Shown here piece by piece: positions 9,879-18,908 of a stretch of DNA of 58,589 nucleotides. Numbering within the stretch: the stretch's first letter is position 1; each line of letters opens with the position of its first letter. This DNA comes from a virus (Duplodnaviria; Caudoviricetes). The notes under the pieces are model-generated. The model was not told the origin of the DNA. It ran no database searches and saw only the letters and a list, made by a program, of their open reading frames with translations. The DNA lies in IMG/VR virus record IMGVR_UViG_3300037046_000004, positions 1 to 58,589 of that record; one strand, written 5' to 3'. Made by a program: the position numbers and the translations under genes.

Positions 9879-10034
9879 ATGGCGACAGACGCCAACATGC
9901 CGGTACCGGTGAAGATGGTTCCCATTGAAGGCAAGGGACCAACCGGAACCCCGAAGGTGGGAACCGCTGTTCCCAGCAACCCGGCGGCAGCCGCAAAGCA
10001 AGGCGCGGATTCCGCCAAAAACCCGCCGAAGTAG
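9879..10034 (+). CDS. Small Pro/Ala/Lys-rich hypothetical protein
   Basis: AAGGAG RBS before ATG 9879; 51 aa. Confidence 0.55.
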   Translation: MATDANMPVPVKMVPIEGKGPTGTPKVGTAVPSNPAAAAKQGADSAKNPPK

Positions 10035-10146
10035 TTTGACGGTGGCGGGCAGTAAAAGCGTTTCCGGTGCTGACGCTTAACAAGCACCCAAGCCCTACCG
10101 CCGGGCGCAATGGGCGGGAACGGAAACCCATCAGGGGGATTGAATC

Positions 10147-11043
10147 ATGGACCGAATGGCTTGGTTGAATGAAAAGCTGTGTGGGCGCTGTCACTTCTTC
10201 GTGTCACCCGTGTTGCTGTTTCCTGACGCGGATGGTTCGGGCGGTGGCGGTGGTGCTGGCGCGGGTTCCGGTGAAGGTGCCGGGGCGGGCGCTGGCGGTG
10301 GCGCGGCTGGTGGCACCCCCAGCGGGGGCGCTGGTGGCGCGGGCGGTGGCGGGCACGCGGGCGGGGGCGCGGGCGCGAATGCAGACGCGAACCGACGCTT
10401 CACCCAAGAAGAAGTCAACCGCATCGTGGCACAGAACAAGCGCGACATGACCCAGCGGCACCTTGAAGAAGTTCAGCGGTTGCAACAGAACCAAGCCTTG
10501 ACCGCTGAAGACCGGGCACGGCTGGAAGCCCGGCAACAGGAACTTGAAACCGAACTGATGACCCGCGAAGAACGGGCGAAGAAGGAGATTGAAAAGGTTC
10601 GGAATGAAAGTTCTGAACGCATCAAAGCGGCGGACGCGAAGGCTGCCCAGAACTGGAACCTGTTCACCCGGAATCTGGTGAATGTGGCAGTTGCGTCAGC
10701 GGCGACAGCACATAAGGCATACAACTTGAAACAGGTGGAAGCCTTGGTTGCCCCGTTGTGTGAAGTGGTTGAGTTGAAGGACAAGAAGCTTCAGCCCACC
10801 GGGGAATTCCAAGTCTTGGTCCGGGTCAGGGAAGTGGACAAAGACGGCACCGTGGTTGATACCACGATGCCGGTTGACAAGTACCTTGAAACGCTGAAGG
10901 AACGGGAAGAATTCGCAAACCTGTTCCTGTCAGACAGACCCGGCGGGACTGGCTTCCGTCCGGGCACTGGCGGCAAGGCTGCCGCAAACAAGGACATGTC
11001 AGCAACCCAGAAGATTTCAGCGGGCTTGACCGCACAGCGCTAG
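10147..11043 (+). CDS. Capsid scaffolding protein
   Basis: Gly-rich N-terminus, FTQEEVNRIV, coiled coil, LF...GGTG, C-terminal S..QKISAGL; directly upstream of the MCP. Confidence 0.8.
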   Translation: MDRMAWLNEKLCGRCHFFVSPVLLFPDADGSGGGGGAGAGSGEGAGAGAGGGAAGGTPSGGAGGAGGGGHAGGGAGANADANRRFTQEEVNRIVAQNKRDMTQRHLEEVQRLQQNQALTAEDRARLEARQQELETELMTREERAKKEIEKVRNESSERIKAADAKAAQNWNLFTRNLVNVAVASAATAHKAYNLKQVEALVAPLCEVVELKDKKLQPTGEFQVLVRVREVDKDGTVVDTTMPVDKYLETLKEREEFANLFLSDRPGGTGFRPGTGGKAAANKDMSATQKISAGLTAQR

Positions 11044-11076
11044 GGTTCGCTGAACAGATAACAAGGAGTTGACGCA

Positions 11077-12177
11077 ATGCCTCTTTTGACCGTGGAAGCT
11101 GAAAAGCTTTCCAATGACATGCTTCGGCAAGGCATCTTGGAGAACGTGATTACTTCCGATGAAGTCTTCGCGCTTCTCCCGTTCCTGCCCATCAACGGCA
11201 AGGCTTACGTTTACAACCGTGAAAACAGCCTTGGTTCCGCGTCCTTCACGGACACCGATGACACCATCACCGAATCGGCGGCAACCTTCACGAAAATCAC
11301 CACCACGCTGAAGCGTTGCATTGGTGACGTGGACGTGGATGACTTCCTTGAAGGCACCATGTCTGACGCGAACGACCAAGCCGCCGTCCAAATCAGCAAG
11401 AAAGCAAAGGTGGTTGGGCGCACCTATGCGGACCGGCTGATTAACGGTGACGCCACGGTCAACGCCAAGGAGTTCACCGGCATCCGTGGGCTGTGTGCGT
11501 CCAGCCAGAAGTTCACGGCAGCCGTTGCCGGTGAAGCGCTGTCCTATGCGCACCTTGACCGGCTGATGGACTTGGTGAAGGTGGGCAACCAACGGGTGTT
11601 CGTGATGAACAGCCGAACGCTTCGGGCTTACTTCGCACTGTGCCGGGCGCTTGGCGGCACGGACCCCCAGCACGTGGCAATTCCCGGCATCACTTCGCAG
11701 GTTCCCACGTACCGGGGCATTCCCATCCTGAAGAACGATTACGTTCCGGTTGACCAAAGTTCCACGGGTCAGTCTTTGGCAGCCACCAGCGCTTGGACGG
11801 CGGGCGCTGTCATCACGCTGGGGATGTGGCGCAAGCCCACGGTTGCGAACGGTTACGTGTACGTTTGCACCACGGCGGGCACCACGCACAGCGCTGAACC
11901 CACGTGGGGCACCACGCCGGGCGGCACCACGGCGGAAGGTTCGGGAACCTGTGTATGGACCTGTTACGCGGCGTCCATGACCCAGATTATCCTTGCGGGT
12001 CTGGACGAAAACGAAGGCGTTGCGGGACTCATGGCACAGAATCAGGCGGGCATTGAAGTCAAGCTGGTGGGTCCGGTCCAGAACAAGGACGCCACCCGCT
12101 ACCGCGTGCGCTGGTACTGTGGCCTTGCCCTTCATTCGGAACTGGCGTTGTCACTGGCAAACGGAATCAACAACTAA
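11077..12177 (+). CDS. Major capsid protein (HK97 fold) with an inserted domain of about 60 aa
   Basis: LPF..I.G.AY.YNRE, GDVDVD.F, LINGD, F.GI, LD.L.D.V, YRGIPI, R.RV.WYCGLA; AAGGAG RBS. Confidence 0.9.
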   Translation: MPLLTVEAEKLSNDMLRQGILENVITSDEVFALLPFLPINGKAYVYNRENSLGSASFTDTDDTITESAATFTKITTTLKRCIGDVDVDDFLEGTMSDANDQAAVQISKKAKVVGRTYADRLINGDATVNAKEFTGIRGLCASSQKFTAAVAGEALSYAHLDRLMDLVKVGNQRVFVMNSRTLRAYFALCRALGGTDPQHVAIPGITSQVPTYRGIPILKNDYVPVDQSSTGQSLAATSAWTAGAVITLGMWRKPTVANGYVYVCTTAGTTHSAEPTWGTTPGGTTAEGSGTCVWTCYAASMTQIILAGLDENEGVAGLMAQNQAGIEVKLVGPVQNKDATRYRVRWYCGLALHSELALSLANGINN

Positions 12178-12190
12178 CCGGGCAACCGGT

Positions 12191-12228
12191 GGCACGGGCT
12201 GGACGTGGATAAAGTTCCAGCCCGTGCC
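12191..12228 (+). terminator. 13-bp hairpin after the MCP (terminator or attenuator-like)
   Basis: GGCACGGGCTGGA-12nt-TCCAGCCCGTGCC; no strong U-tract. Confidence 0.55.
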
Positions 12229-12296
12229 CGTGGTTTCCCCCAGAAGGGGGCACCCACGGGCACGAAGGAACCGGAACCGTTCAAGGAGAAACGAAA

Positions 12297-12581
12297 ATGC
12301 CAGCGGGATACCTGAACATGACCAAGAGTTTTGCAATGGTGGAAAGTGACGCCACGGAACGGCTAGTTGATTTACCCGGCATGTGTTCCGTGATGAACGT
12401 GGGGGCGGCTGAAGTCTTCGCGGGGTCACAGCCCGGACTTCCCACCACGAAGGTTCAGGCTGACGGGGCAATCTTCTTGCCGGTGAACGTGCCGGTGCCG
12501 TTGCCGCGTGAAGTGCGGAAGCTGTATCACAAGACCGCAAGCGGCACGGCTGTTCTGTTGGTCATGGTGGACGTGCGCTAA
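12297..12581 (+). CDS. Small virion-associated beta-rich protein, hypothetical
   Basis: AAGGAG RBS; follows the MCP. Confidence 0.65.
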   Translation: MPAGYLNMTKSFAMVESDATERLVDLPGMCSVMNVGAAEVFAGSQPGLPTTKVQADGAIFLPVNVPVPLPREVRKLYHKTASGTAVLLVMVDVR

Positions 12582-12617
12582 CGCGTTCCTTCCCCAGCGG
12601 GGGAACCGGGGGTGTGC

Positions 12618-13415
12618 ATGTCGCTTCAGGAATGCCGAAGGATATTCGGACGCCTTGACCGGCGCTTGTACGCGTGGAAAAGCGTATGGACGCCGTTGAT
12701 GTTATCCGGTGCCACCAAGAAAATTCCAAGTGGGGCAAACGCGCTTGGGTCATGGTGGCCTATGTGGCGTCAACGTCCGTGGTCAGACGGGCAGAAAATC
12801 AGCATCGTCTATGATGACGGAATCAACCAAGGCGGAACCGGGCGAATCTACACACAGGCAACCGTCACGAATCAACCCACGTGGTTGGGTAGTCAAGGCA
12901 CACCATACTTTGACGGTGGTGATTGGCTGTTCAGAACCGGAACCACGATGAACCCATCAGCACAGACACGGCTTTTGATGTGGGCGGTTGTTGGGCGTGT
13001 TGGGCAAGCGTATTCTGAAACCATCTTCAACGTGGGCGGGTGGTCTTCCACGATTGGGTACAAGTTTGGGCGTGATGCCGGTGGTGACAAGTGGGAACTA
13101 CACGCCGGGAACGGGTACGGTCCATCCGCTGTGAAAGTCATGGGCACGCGAACGCAAGACGTTGCGTATCTGGTGGCGGGGATTGATACGGTCAGCGGCG
13201 GATTCATGCGCGAAAACGGTGTGGACAGAACAACCACGCTTGTCAACGGTGTGTTCCCGGCACGCACGGCAACAACCGGATACATCGGACAAAGCGCACT
13301 GTCGGGCGGTGAACGCTGGGTGGGTGCGATTGCGGAACTTGGGTACGTTGCCGGGTACGATGACCAAGACATTGAACAGCTTGAAAAGTACCTGAAGACC
13401 TTTTACGGGTTTTAG
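12618..13415 (+). CDS. Concanavalin A/LamG-like putative virion lectin, paralog 1
   Basis: W.P, WWPMW, P.W.GS...PYFDG.D, RENGVD, IG.....W.GAIAE, QLEKYLK.FYGF. Confidence 0.6.
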   Translation: MSLQECRRIFGRLDRRLYAWKSVWTPLMLSGATKKIPSGANALGSWWPMWRQRPWSDGQKISIVYDDGINQGGTGRIYTQATVTNQPTWLGSQGTPYFDGGDWLFRTGTTMNPSAQTRLLMWAVVGRVGQAYSETIFNVGGWSSTIGYKFGRDAGGDKWELHAGNGYGPSAVKVMGTRTQDVAYLVAGIDTVSGGFMRENGVDRTTTLVNGVFPARTATTGYIGQSALSGGERWVGAIAELGYVAGYDDQDIEQLEKYLKTFYGF

Positions 13416-13423
13416 GGGATGAC

Positions 13424-14155
13424 ATGTCAGACGCCCGGAGAACTTTTGGACTGACTGACAGACGTGTACGTCTGTGGAAGTCCGCATGGTCACCACGAAT
13501 GATTTCGGGTGTGTGGGCGTGGTGGCCTATGTGGTCACAGCGCGGGTGGAGTCACGGACAGAAAATCAACACGGTCTATGATGCTGGACCGAATGGGTTC
13601 CATCTGGCGCAAGCAACAGAAACACGAAAGCCTTCGTGGGAAGGAAGCCAAAGCACCCCGTATTTTGACGGCGGTGACATGCTTGAACGTCTTGGTGTTT
13701 CGCTTGTCACCACGAAGCTTCTTCTGTGGGCTGTCATTGGTGATGTGAACACATATCAGTATCCTAAGATTTGGAACTTGAAGGATTGGGCATCGTCAGG
13801 CGCGTATTCATGCGAACCTAACAGGACGGCAAACAACTGGAAGCTGTACGGGAACGGGTATTCTGGAAGTCCGTACACACAGGGAAACAAGACACAGAAC
13901 ATTGCGTTCATCGTCATTGCAATCAACAACATTGCCGGTCAAGGCTTCTTCCGTGAAAACGGTGTGGACAGAACCACGGCGAACACGGGCGGAACAATGG
14001 CTTCAATTTCAAGTCAGGCAATGCGGATTGGTTCGCGTCAGGCTGCCGGTGAAGGATGGATTGGGGCGATTGCGGAAATGGGGCTTGCAACCGATTGGAC
14101 ACAGGCGGACGTTGAACAGTTGGAAAAGTACCTGAAATCCTTCTACGGATTTTGA
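13424..14155 (+). CDS. Concanavalin A/LamG-like putative virion lectin, paralog 2
   Basis: Same conserved termini as paralogs 1 and 3, divergent middle. Confidence 0.6.
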   Translation: MSDARRTFGLTDRRVRLWKSAWSPRMISGVWAWWPMWSQRGWSHGQKINTVYDAGPNGFHLAQATETRKPSWEGSQSTPYFDGGDMLERLGVSLVTTKLLLWAVIGDVNTYQYPKIWNLKDWASSGAYSCEPNRTANNWKLYGNGYSGSPYTQGNKTQNIAFIVIAINNIAGQGFFRENGVDRTTANTGGTMASISSQAMRIGSRQAAGEGWIGAIAEMGLATDWTQADVEQLEKYLKSFYGF

Positions 14156-14164
14156 GGGGATGAC

Positions 14165-14923
14165 ATGTCAGACGCACGGAGAACCTTCGGACTGACTGAC
14201 CGGCGGGTCCGGTTGTGGAAGTCCGCTTGGTCACCCCGGATGATGCAAGGCACGCTGTGGGCGTGGTGGCCTATGTGGTGTCAGCGTGGGTGGTCACACG
14301 GTGCCAAGGTCAACATCGTCTATGACCACGGACCGAACGGGTACTATGTTTATAAGAATGTTGAAACCGAAAAGCCCACGTGGGAAGGAAGCTATGGGGT
14401 TCCGCTGTTTGACGGGAATGACCGGATGTATCAGGGAACACCCATCATCCCGGTGATGAACGGCGCGTCTTATGACCGCTTGCTGTCATGGGCTGTTGTT
14501 CACAATCTGGTGGGGCTAACATCCGCAAAGATTTGGGGTCATCATAATTGGACCGGCAACGCGGGAACCGCGTTAGGCTGCAACACCGGGTATCGTGGGT
14601 GGGAATTTGCGGCAACAAACGGGTGGAACGATTCACCCGGACCCAGCACATTCGGACCGAAGACCGTTGACGTTGCATACATCGTGTGTAGCGCTGGGAA
14701 GACGCTGGCGGATTGCTTCGTCAGGGAATGCGGGATTGACCGAACCACCCACCGCAACCCGGCGGCAATGGTGAACCGAAGCGGCGGGCTTCACATAGGC
14801 GCGAACGCGCTGGGTGCCGAACAGTGGCGCGGCGGAATCGCGGAAGTTGGTGCCGTGTTGAACCACACGGACCAAGACCTTGAACAGTTGGAAAAGTACC
14901 TGAAATCTTTTTACGGATTCTAG
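14165..14923 (+). CDS. Concanavalin A/LamG-like putative virion lectin, paralog 3
   Basis: First 26 aa identical to paralog 2; C-terminal EQLEKYLKSFYGF identical. Confidence 0.6.
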   Translation: MSDARRTFGLTDRRVRLWKSAWSPRMMQGTLWAWWPMWCQRGWSHGAKVNIVYDHGPNGYYVYKNVETEKPTWEGSYGVPLFDGNDRMYQGTPIIPVMNGASYDRLLSWAVVHNLVGLTSAKIWGHHNWTGNAGTALGCNTGYRGWEFAATNGWNDSPGPSTFGPKTVDVAYIVCSAGKTLADCFVRECGIDRTTHRNPAAMVNRSGGLHIGANALGAEQWRGGIAEVGAVLNHTDQDLEQLEKYLKSFYGF

Positions 14924-14933
14924 GGGGTGTGAC

Positions 14934-15236
14934 GTGGCGAACATTGTGATTCCGGCGGAACTTCTTCAACGCTTGGCACAGCGCGGGTGGATTGTGTTCA
15001 CCACGCGGGCGCAAGCGCAAGCGCGGGCGGACGCGTTGAACACCGAAGCCCGGACCGTGTTAGGACTAGACGCGGAAACCCAATACACGGAAGTCAGGGA
15101 ACACCCAACAGACCCGGCGAAGTTTGCGATACGTGTGGAAGACGACATGTATCCGCACCTGACACCGGATGACCTGTTAGAATTCGTGAACCAACTGTCA
15201 CCGGATTGGGAACCGGTCACGGATTACAACAGCTAA
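14934..15236 (+). CDS. Hypothetical protein (possible chaperone or partner of the lectin paralogs)
   Basis: GTG start after GGGGG RBS-like run; 100 aa. Confidence 0.6.
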   Translation: MANIVIPAELLQRLAQRGWIVFTTRAQAQARADALNTEARTVLGLDAETQYTEVREHPTDPAKFAIRVEDDMYPHLTPDDLLEFVNQLSPDWEPVTDYNS

Positions 15237-15268
15237 CGCATCCGGGGCACCGGAAAGGATTGACACCA

Positions 15269-15658
15269 ATGGACGAAACAACCCGGATGCGTGAAGAACT
15301 GGAAACCCTTCGGTCACAGCAACACCGGCAGGAAGCGGAATGGCGTGTTCAGGTAACGGCGGACATCAAGGAGTTGAAGGCCCAAGTGGTCAACCTTGCT
15401 TCCGAAGTTAAAGGCTACCATCAGAACACGTGTGCCAAAGTGGAACGCGTTGAAGTTGCCGTTGAAGACCACAAGAAAGTTCTGTTCGGGGGTGACACCC
15501 CAGACAAGGGCTTGGTGGTCAGACTGGACAGGATTGAACAGCTTGCCGCAACCCAGACCCGGCTTTTGTGGCTGTTTGCTGGGGCACTGGTTACCATATC
15601 GGCAACCGTGGTGTGGCAGTTAGTCCAGCACGTTGTCAGGAACGGTGTAACACCGTAA
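15269..15658 (+). CDS. Coiled-coil protein with C-terminal transmembrane helix (holin/XhlA-like)
   Basis: GLVVRLDRIEQ followed by hydrophobic LLWLFAGALVTISATVVW. Confidence 0.55.
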   Translation: MDETTRMREELETLRSQQHRQEAEWRVQVTADIKELKAQVVNLASEVKGYHQNTCAKVERVEVAVEDHKKVLFGGDTPDKGLVVRLDRIEQLAATQTRLLWLFAGALVTISATVVWQLVQHVVRNGVTP

Positions 15659-15672
15659 AGGAGAAACCGGAC

Positions 15673-16011
15673 ATGGGAAGAATCAAGGTCACCATCGGGC
15701 TGAAGCACTTCACGGAACACGCCGGGGGCGTGAACTTCGTGGATAGTGTGGGATACATTGAAGAAGACCCGCTGACTTACCCGCGAATCCGGGCACGGTT
15801 GGAAGCGTGCTTTCCCGGCACCGTGTTTGAACCCGAACCGGACGGACCCCCACCCGTTCCGGTAGCATCCACCGTGCCCGGTACACCCCCAGTACCGGCA
15901 ATCCCCCAGCCTGAACCCGAAGTTCCCCAGCCAGCGGAACCCGAAGAAGTGAAGGTCAAGGTTGTGCGTGAAGGCGGCAAGGTCAAGGCTGTGGTGCCAA
16001 GGAAACGTTAA
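15673..16011 (+). CDS. Pro-rich hypothetical protein
   Basis: AAGGAG RBS; 112 aa. Confidence 0.6.
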   Translation: MGRIKVTIGLKHFTEHAGGVNFVDSVGYIEEDPLTYPRIRARLEACFPGTVFEPEPDGPPPVPVASTVPGTPPVPAIPQPEPEVPQPAEPEEVKVKVVREGGKVKAVVPRKR

Positions 16012-16012
16012 C

Positions 16013-16360
16013 ATGATTCCGTTGCGTCAACCCCACGTTGTTGACCTGTTCCGCCCGGTGGCGTCAAAGACCACGGAGAACGCCACGGTGTTGACGTATC
16101 CGGGCACGGCAACCCGCCGGGTGTACGGGTTCCTTCAGCAACGCGGCGGTGAAGCCACAAGCACGTCAGACGGTCAAGTGTACGCGTATGATTCCACGTT
16201 CTTCACGCGTGAAACTGACGTGTTGGTGGATGACATGCTTGTTTCAACCGTGGTTGGGCTGTCTGGGAAGTTCCGGGTGATTGGCGTGGAAGCCAAGCAT
16301 GACATCTTGGGCGTGTTCAATCACCTTCAGGTTGCGCTAGTCAAGGAAATCAAACGATGA
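16013..16360 (+). CDS. Head closure (stopper) protein
   Basis: Size, position and beta-rich pattern with F.V.GV and C-terminal HLQV.L. Confidence 0.65.
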   Translation: MIPLRQPHVVDLFRPVASKTTENATVLTYPGTATRRVYGFLQQRGGEATSTSDGQVYAYDSTFFTRETDVLVDDMLVSTVVGLSGKFRVIGVEAKHDILGVFNHLQVALVKEIKR

Positions 16361-16770
16361 CCCCAGACTTTGGAATCTACCAGCGGGTCAAGGCTGTGCT
16401 TGCGGGAACGTCAGCAATCACATCCTTCCCGGTCCATGCGGACAACATCCGCCCCACGGATGACCTTCAGGAACCGAAGCCGGGCGCGTTGATTACCTTC
16501 GGGTGGGATGATTACGCGCTTGACCTGAAGACGCTGAAGGCTTCCGGGGTGTTCACGGTGAACGTGGAAAGTGAAGTCAGCAAGCCGAAGGCGCAAGAAC
16601 TGGCGTCCTTGGTGCGTGCCGCGTTGACGGCGCGTTCCATCACGGGTGACCGTTCCGTCACGGTGGTGGGCTTCTTCAAGGAACGAAGCGGAACCACGGA
16701 CGCGGGCACGTCACCCAGCGGGCGGTTTGCGGTTGCGTTGTCTTACGATGTGCGGGCAATTAAAGTGTAA
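16357..16770 (+). CDS. Tail completion/terminator protein
   Basis: IYQ...AVL, A.ELA..VRAAL, C-terminal strand; position before the tail tube. Confidence 0.6.
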   Translation: MTPDFGIYQRVKAVLAGTSAITSFPVHADNIRPTDDLQEPKPGALITFGWDDYALDLKTLKASGVFTVNVESEVSKPKAQELASLVRAALTARSITGDRSVTVVGFFKERSGTTDAGTSPSGRFAVALSYDVRAIKV

Positions 16771-16780
16771 GGGCTGAAGG

Positions 16781-17218
16781 ATGCCAGCACCGAACGCATT
16801 CTTCAAGAAGGTCAAGCACCCCGGCATCAAGGGGCAGCCCTACCTATTGCCCGCACACGCACGGGCGGTTAAGCTGTTGAAGGAGAAGTTGATACCACAA
16901 GCGGTGAAGAAGGGGGCGAAAAGCGGAAAGCTGGCCGAAGCTTTGGATTGGGCAGTCAGAGCGGCGGCTTTCTCTGCACAGCAATCCGCTGTTAGGCGTG
17001 CCCCCGTGCGGACCGGACGCTTGCGGGCTTCGTTGAATGTGCAGCGGCGGAAACCGCTGTACTACACTGTGGGAACTAATGTCGTTTACGCTAGGGTTGT
17101 TGAGTTCGGCACGAAGAAGAAAGACTACCCCATCAGGCCGAAGAAGCCCGGCGGGATTCTTGCTTTCTACTGGCCGAAGTTCAAGAAGCGTAAGCGCAAG
17201 AAGACAAGGAGAACGTAA
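16781..17218 (+). CDS. HK97 gp10-like neck protein
   Basis: APVRTGRLRASL, VGTNVVYARVVEFGT, IRPK....LAF. Confidence 0.8.
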   Translation: MPAPNAFFKKVKHPGIKGQPYLLPAHARAVKLLKEKLIPQAVKKGAKSGKLAEALDWAVRAAAFSAQQSAVRRAPVRTGRLRASLNVQRRKPLYYTVGTNVVYARVVEFGTKKKDYPIRPKKPGGILAFYWPKFKKRKRKKTRRT

Positions 17219-17220
17219 CC

Positions 17221-18039
17221 GTGGGTTTCTTCCAAAACGGAAGCGCTTCCAATTACACGATTGGCGGCGCACGCTTTTGGTTCAATGAAGATGTTGACCT
17301 TACGTTGACCCCGCCCCGGCGGAAAGGTTACCGGGACATGGGCAACGTGGTTGAACACTCTTTTGACCAAGAGAAAGAAGTGTTGGACCACTACACCGCA
17401 CGAAGCGGCACGCGCAAGAAAGACCGTTCCATTGTCCGTCAGATTGGTGAAAGCCTGTTGCTGACCTTGGATGAACTGTCAGTGGAAAACCTGAAACAGT
17501 TCTTCAGGGGCGACACGGTGACGGACATTGCCGCCGGGACAGGAACCGGAACGGTCACGGACGAAGTGGCACAGTTGAACACTGACGAAGTGGTTCCGCT
17601 GGCTGAAGGCTACAACGCGGGAACCATCGTGGTGAAGGACATCACCGGGGTAACCACCTACATCCTGAACACCGATTACACGGTTGTTGACGTAATCGGC
17701 GGGTACAAGGGTGTGAAGTTCAAGAGCGGCGGCACCTTGGTTGCCGGTTCCTTCGTTCGTATCAGCTACGTCTTTGATGAACGGGTGGCAAAGCAGTTCA
17801 GCCCACAGACGAAGCTGACCCGCGAAGGTCAAGCGCTGTTCTTCGGCGTGTCTGACACCGGGAACGAATTCATTCGTTCTTGGAACCGTGTCAGCGTTGA
17901 CCCGGAAGGGTCTTTCAACATCAATTCGGAAGATTGGTCAAGCTTCCAGTTGCGCGTTGAAATCCTTGACGACACGGAAGCCACGCCCACCGCACCGTTC
18001 GGTCTGTTCACCCACTACGGCGTGGGCACGGACCTGTAA
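17221..18039 (+). CDS. Major tail tube protein
   Basis: NYTIG....WF, RDMGNV, LTLDELS.ENL..F, P.GSF....EDW. Confidence 0.8.
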   Translation: MGFFQNGSASNYTIGGARFWFNEDVDLTLTPPRRKGYRDMGNVVEHSFDQEKEVLDHYTARSGTRKKDRSIVRQIGESLLLTLDELSVENLKQFFRGDTVTDIAAGTGTGTVTDEVAQLNTDEVVPLAEGYNAGTIVVKDITGVTTYILNTDYTVVDVIGGYKGVKFKSGGTLVAGSFVRISYVFDERVAKQFSPQTKLTREGQALFFGVSDTGNEFIRSWNRVSVDPEGSFNINSEDWSSFQLRVEILDDTEATPTAPFGLFTHYGVGTDL

Positions 18040-18068
18040 GGCTGGGGTCAACCCCAGAAGTGGAACCC

Positions 18069-18096
18069 GTGGGGCTGGCATCAAACCCAGCCCCAC
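18069..18096 (+). terminator. 10-bp hairpin after the tail tube gene
   Basis: GTGGGGCTGG-8nt-CCAGCCCCAC. Confidence 0.45.
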
Positions 18097-18117
18097 ACAT
18101 TGAAGGAGAACACGAAC

Positions 18118-18576
18118 GTGGGGGAGAAAGACAAGAAGGACACGGTGAAGGACAGGCTTCAGGAAGCAATGGAGAACCGAAGCCAAGACCTGACGCTATC
18201 CGATGGGCGGAAGCTGACCGTGATGAAATGGCCGTGGCGGTTGGGCTTGCTTCTGTCCGCCAAGATGCTTGAAGCCGTGCGGTCTTGGGTGGTCAGCAAG
18301 AACCTGACGGAAGAAGCGTTGATGAAGCTTCCGTTCCAAGACATCGTGAAGGAACACAGCAACACACTGGGTGACGTGCTGGCGGAAACGGTGAAGAACG
18401 GGAACTTCACCACGAAGGAAGAAGCAATTCAGTTTGTTGAAGCGCTTCCATACGATGACTTCGTGAAGCTGGTGCAACTGGTGATGATGCAGAATTTTGT
18501 CCCTTTAAGGGAAGTGTTCAGCACCGTGATGAAGCTGGTAAAAAGCGCGGGCAAGCAAGCAATCCCGCTGACATAA
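18118..18576 (+). CDS. Tail assembly chaperone (gpG equivalent)
   Basis: Between tail tube and tape measure; AAGGAG RBS; contains a slippery site. Confidence 0.78.
   Translation: MGEKDKKDTVKDRLQEAMENRSQDLTLSDGRKLTVMKWPWRLGLLLSAKMLEAVRSWVVSKNLTEEALMKLPFQDIVKEHSNTLGDVLAETVKNGNFTTKEEAIQFVEALPYDDFVKLVQLVMMQNFVPLREVFSTVMKLVKSAGKQAIPLT
18501..18507 (+). other. Programmed -1 ribosomal frameshift site C-CCT-TTA
   Basis: X XXY YYZ heptamer in the correct phase; the -1 frame is open from 18504 into ORF 18585..18905. Confidence 0.8.
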
Positions 18577-18905
18577 ATGCGGACATGCTTGCCACCTTGC
18601 TTCATGCTGGACACGATTACAGCGCGTTGATGGACGAATACACGCCGGAAGAAGTGAAGCTTCATTATCTGGCGTGGCTTCGGTTGGATGCCCGCGAACG
18701 GCGTGACCGGGTGCTTGACATGGCGATTGCCGGAAGCGCTAACCGCCGGGCGGTTGCGCGACACATCCGGCGGTTGAATGATGTAGGGAAGCACACGGAG
18801 AAGGTACACGCGGAAGCGGAAGAAGTGAAGACACCGAAGAAGCGTCAGTTTAACCAAGCTGACTTCTTCGGCAGTCTAGCCTACTTGCGGAAGAAGCGAA
18901 GGTGA
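18504..18905 (+). CDS. Tail assembly chaperone frameshift extension (gpT part of gpGT)
   Basis: No stop in this frame from 18504 to 18905; no clear RBS at ATG 18585. Confidence 0.72.
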   Translation, partial: FKGSVQHRDEAGKKRGQASNPADINADMLATLLHAGHDYSALMDEYTPEEVKLHYLAWLRLDARERRDRVLDMAIAGSANRRAVARHIRRLNDVGKHTEKVHAEAEEVKTPKKRQFNQADFFGSLAYLRKKRR

Positions 18906-18908
18906 CGA

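Noticed and set aside
11017-12135. Long minus-strand ORFs (e.g. 11017..12135, 21279..22184, 31319..32164)
   Set aside because: Antisense shadows of well-supported + strand genes in GC-rich DNA, with no motifs or RBS
12618-14923. Diversity-generating retroelement or shufflon
   Set aside because: No reverse transcriptase or recombinase seen, no adenine-specific TR/VR pair, and all copies are full genes in the same orientation
17170-17218. NLS-like basic tail KFKKRKRKKTRRT suggesting a eukaryotic host
   Set aside because: Basic tails are common on phage neck proteins, and promoters and RBSs are bacterial
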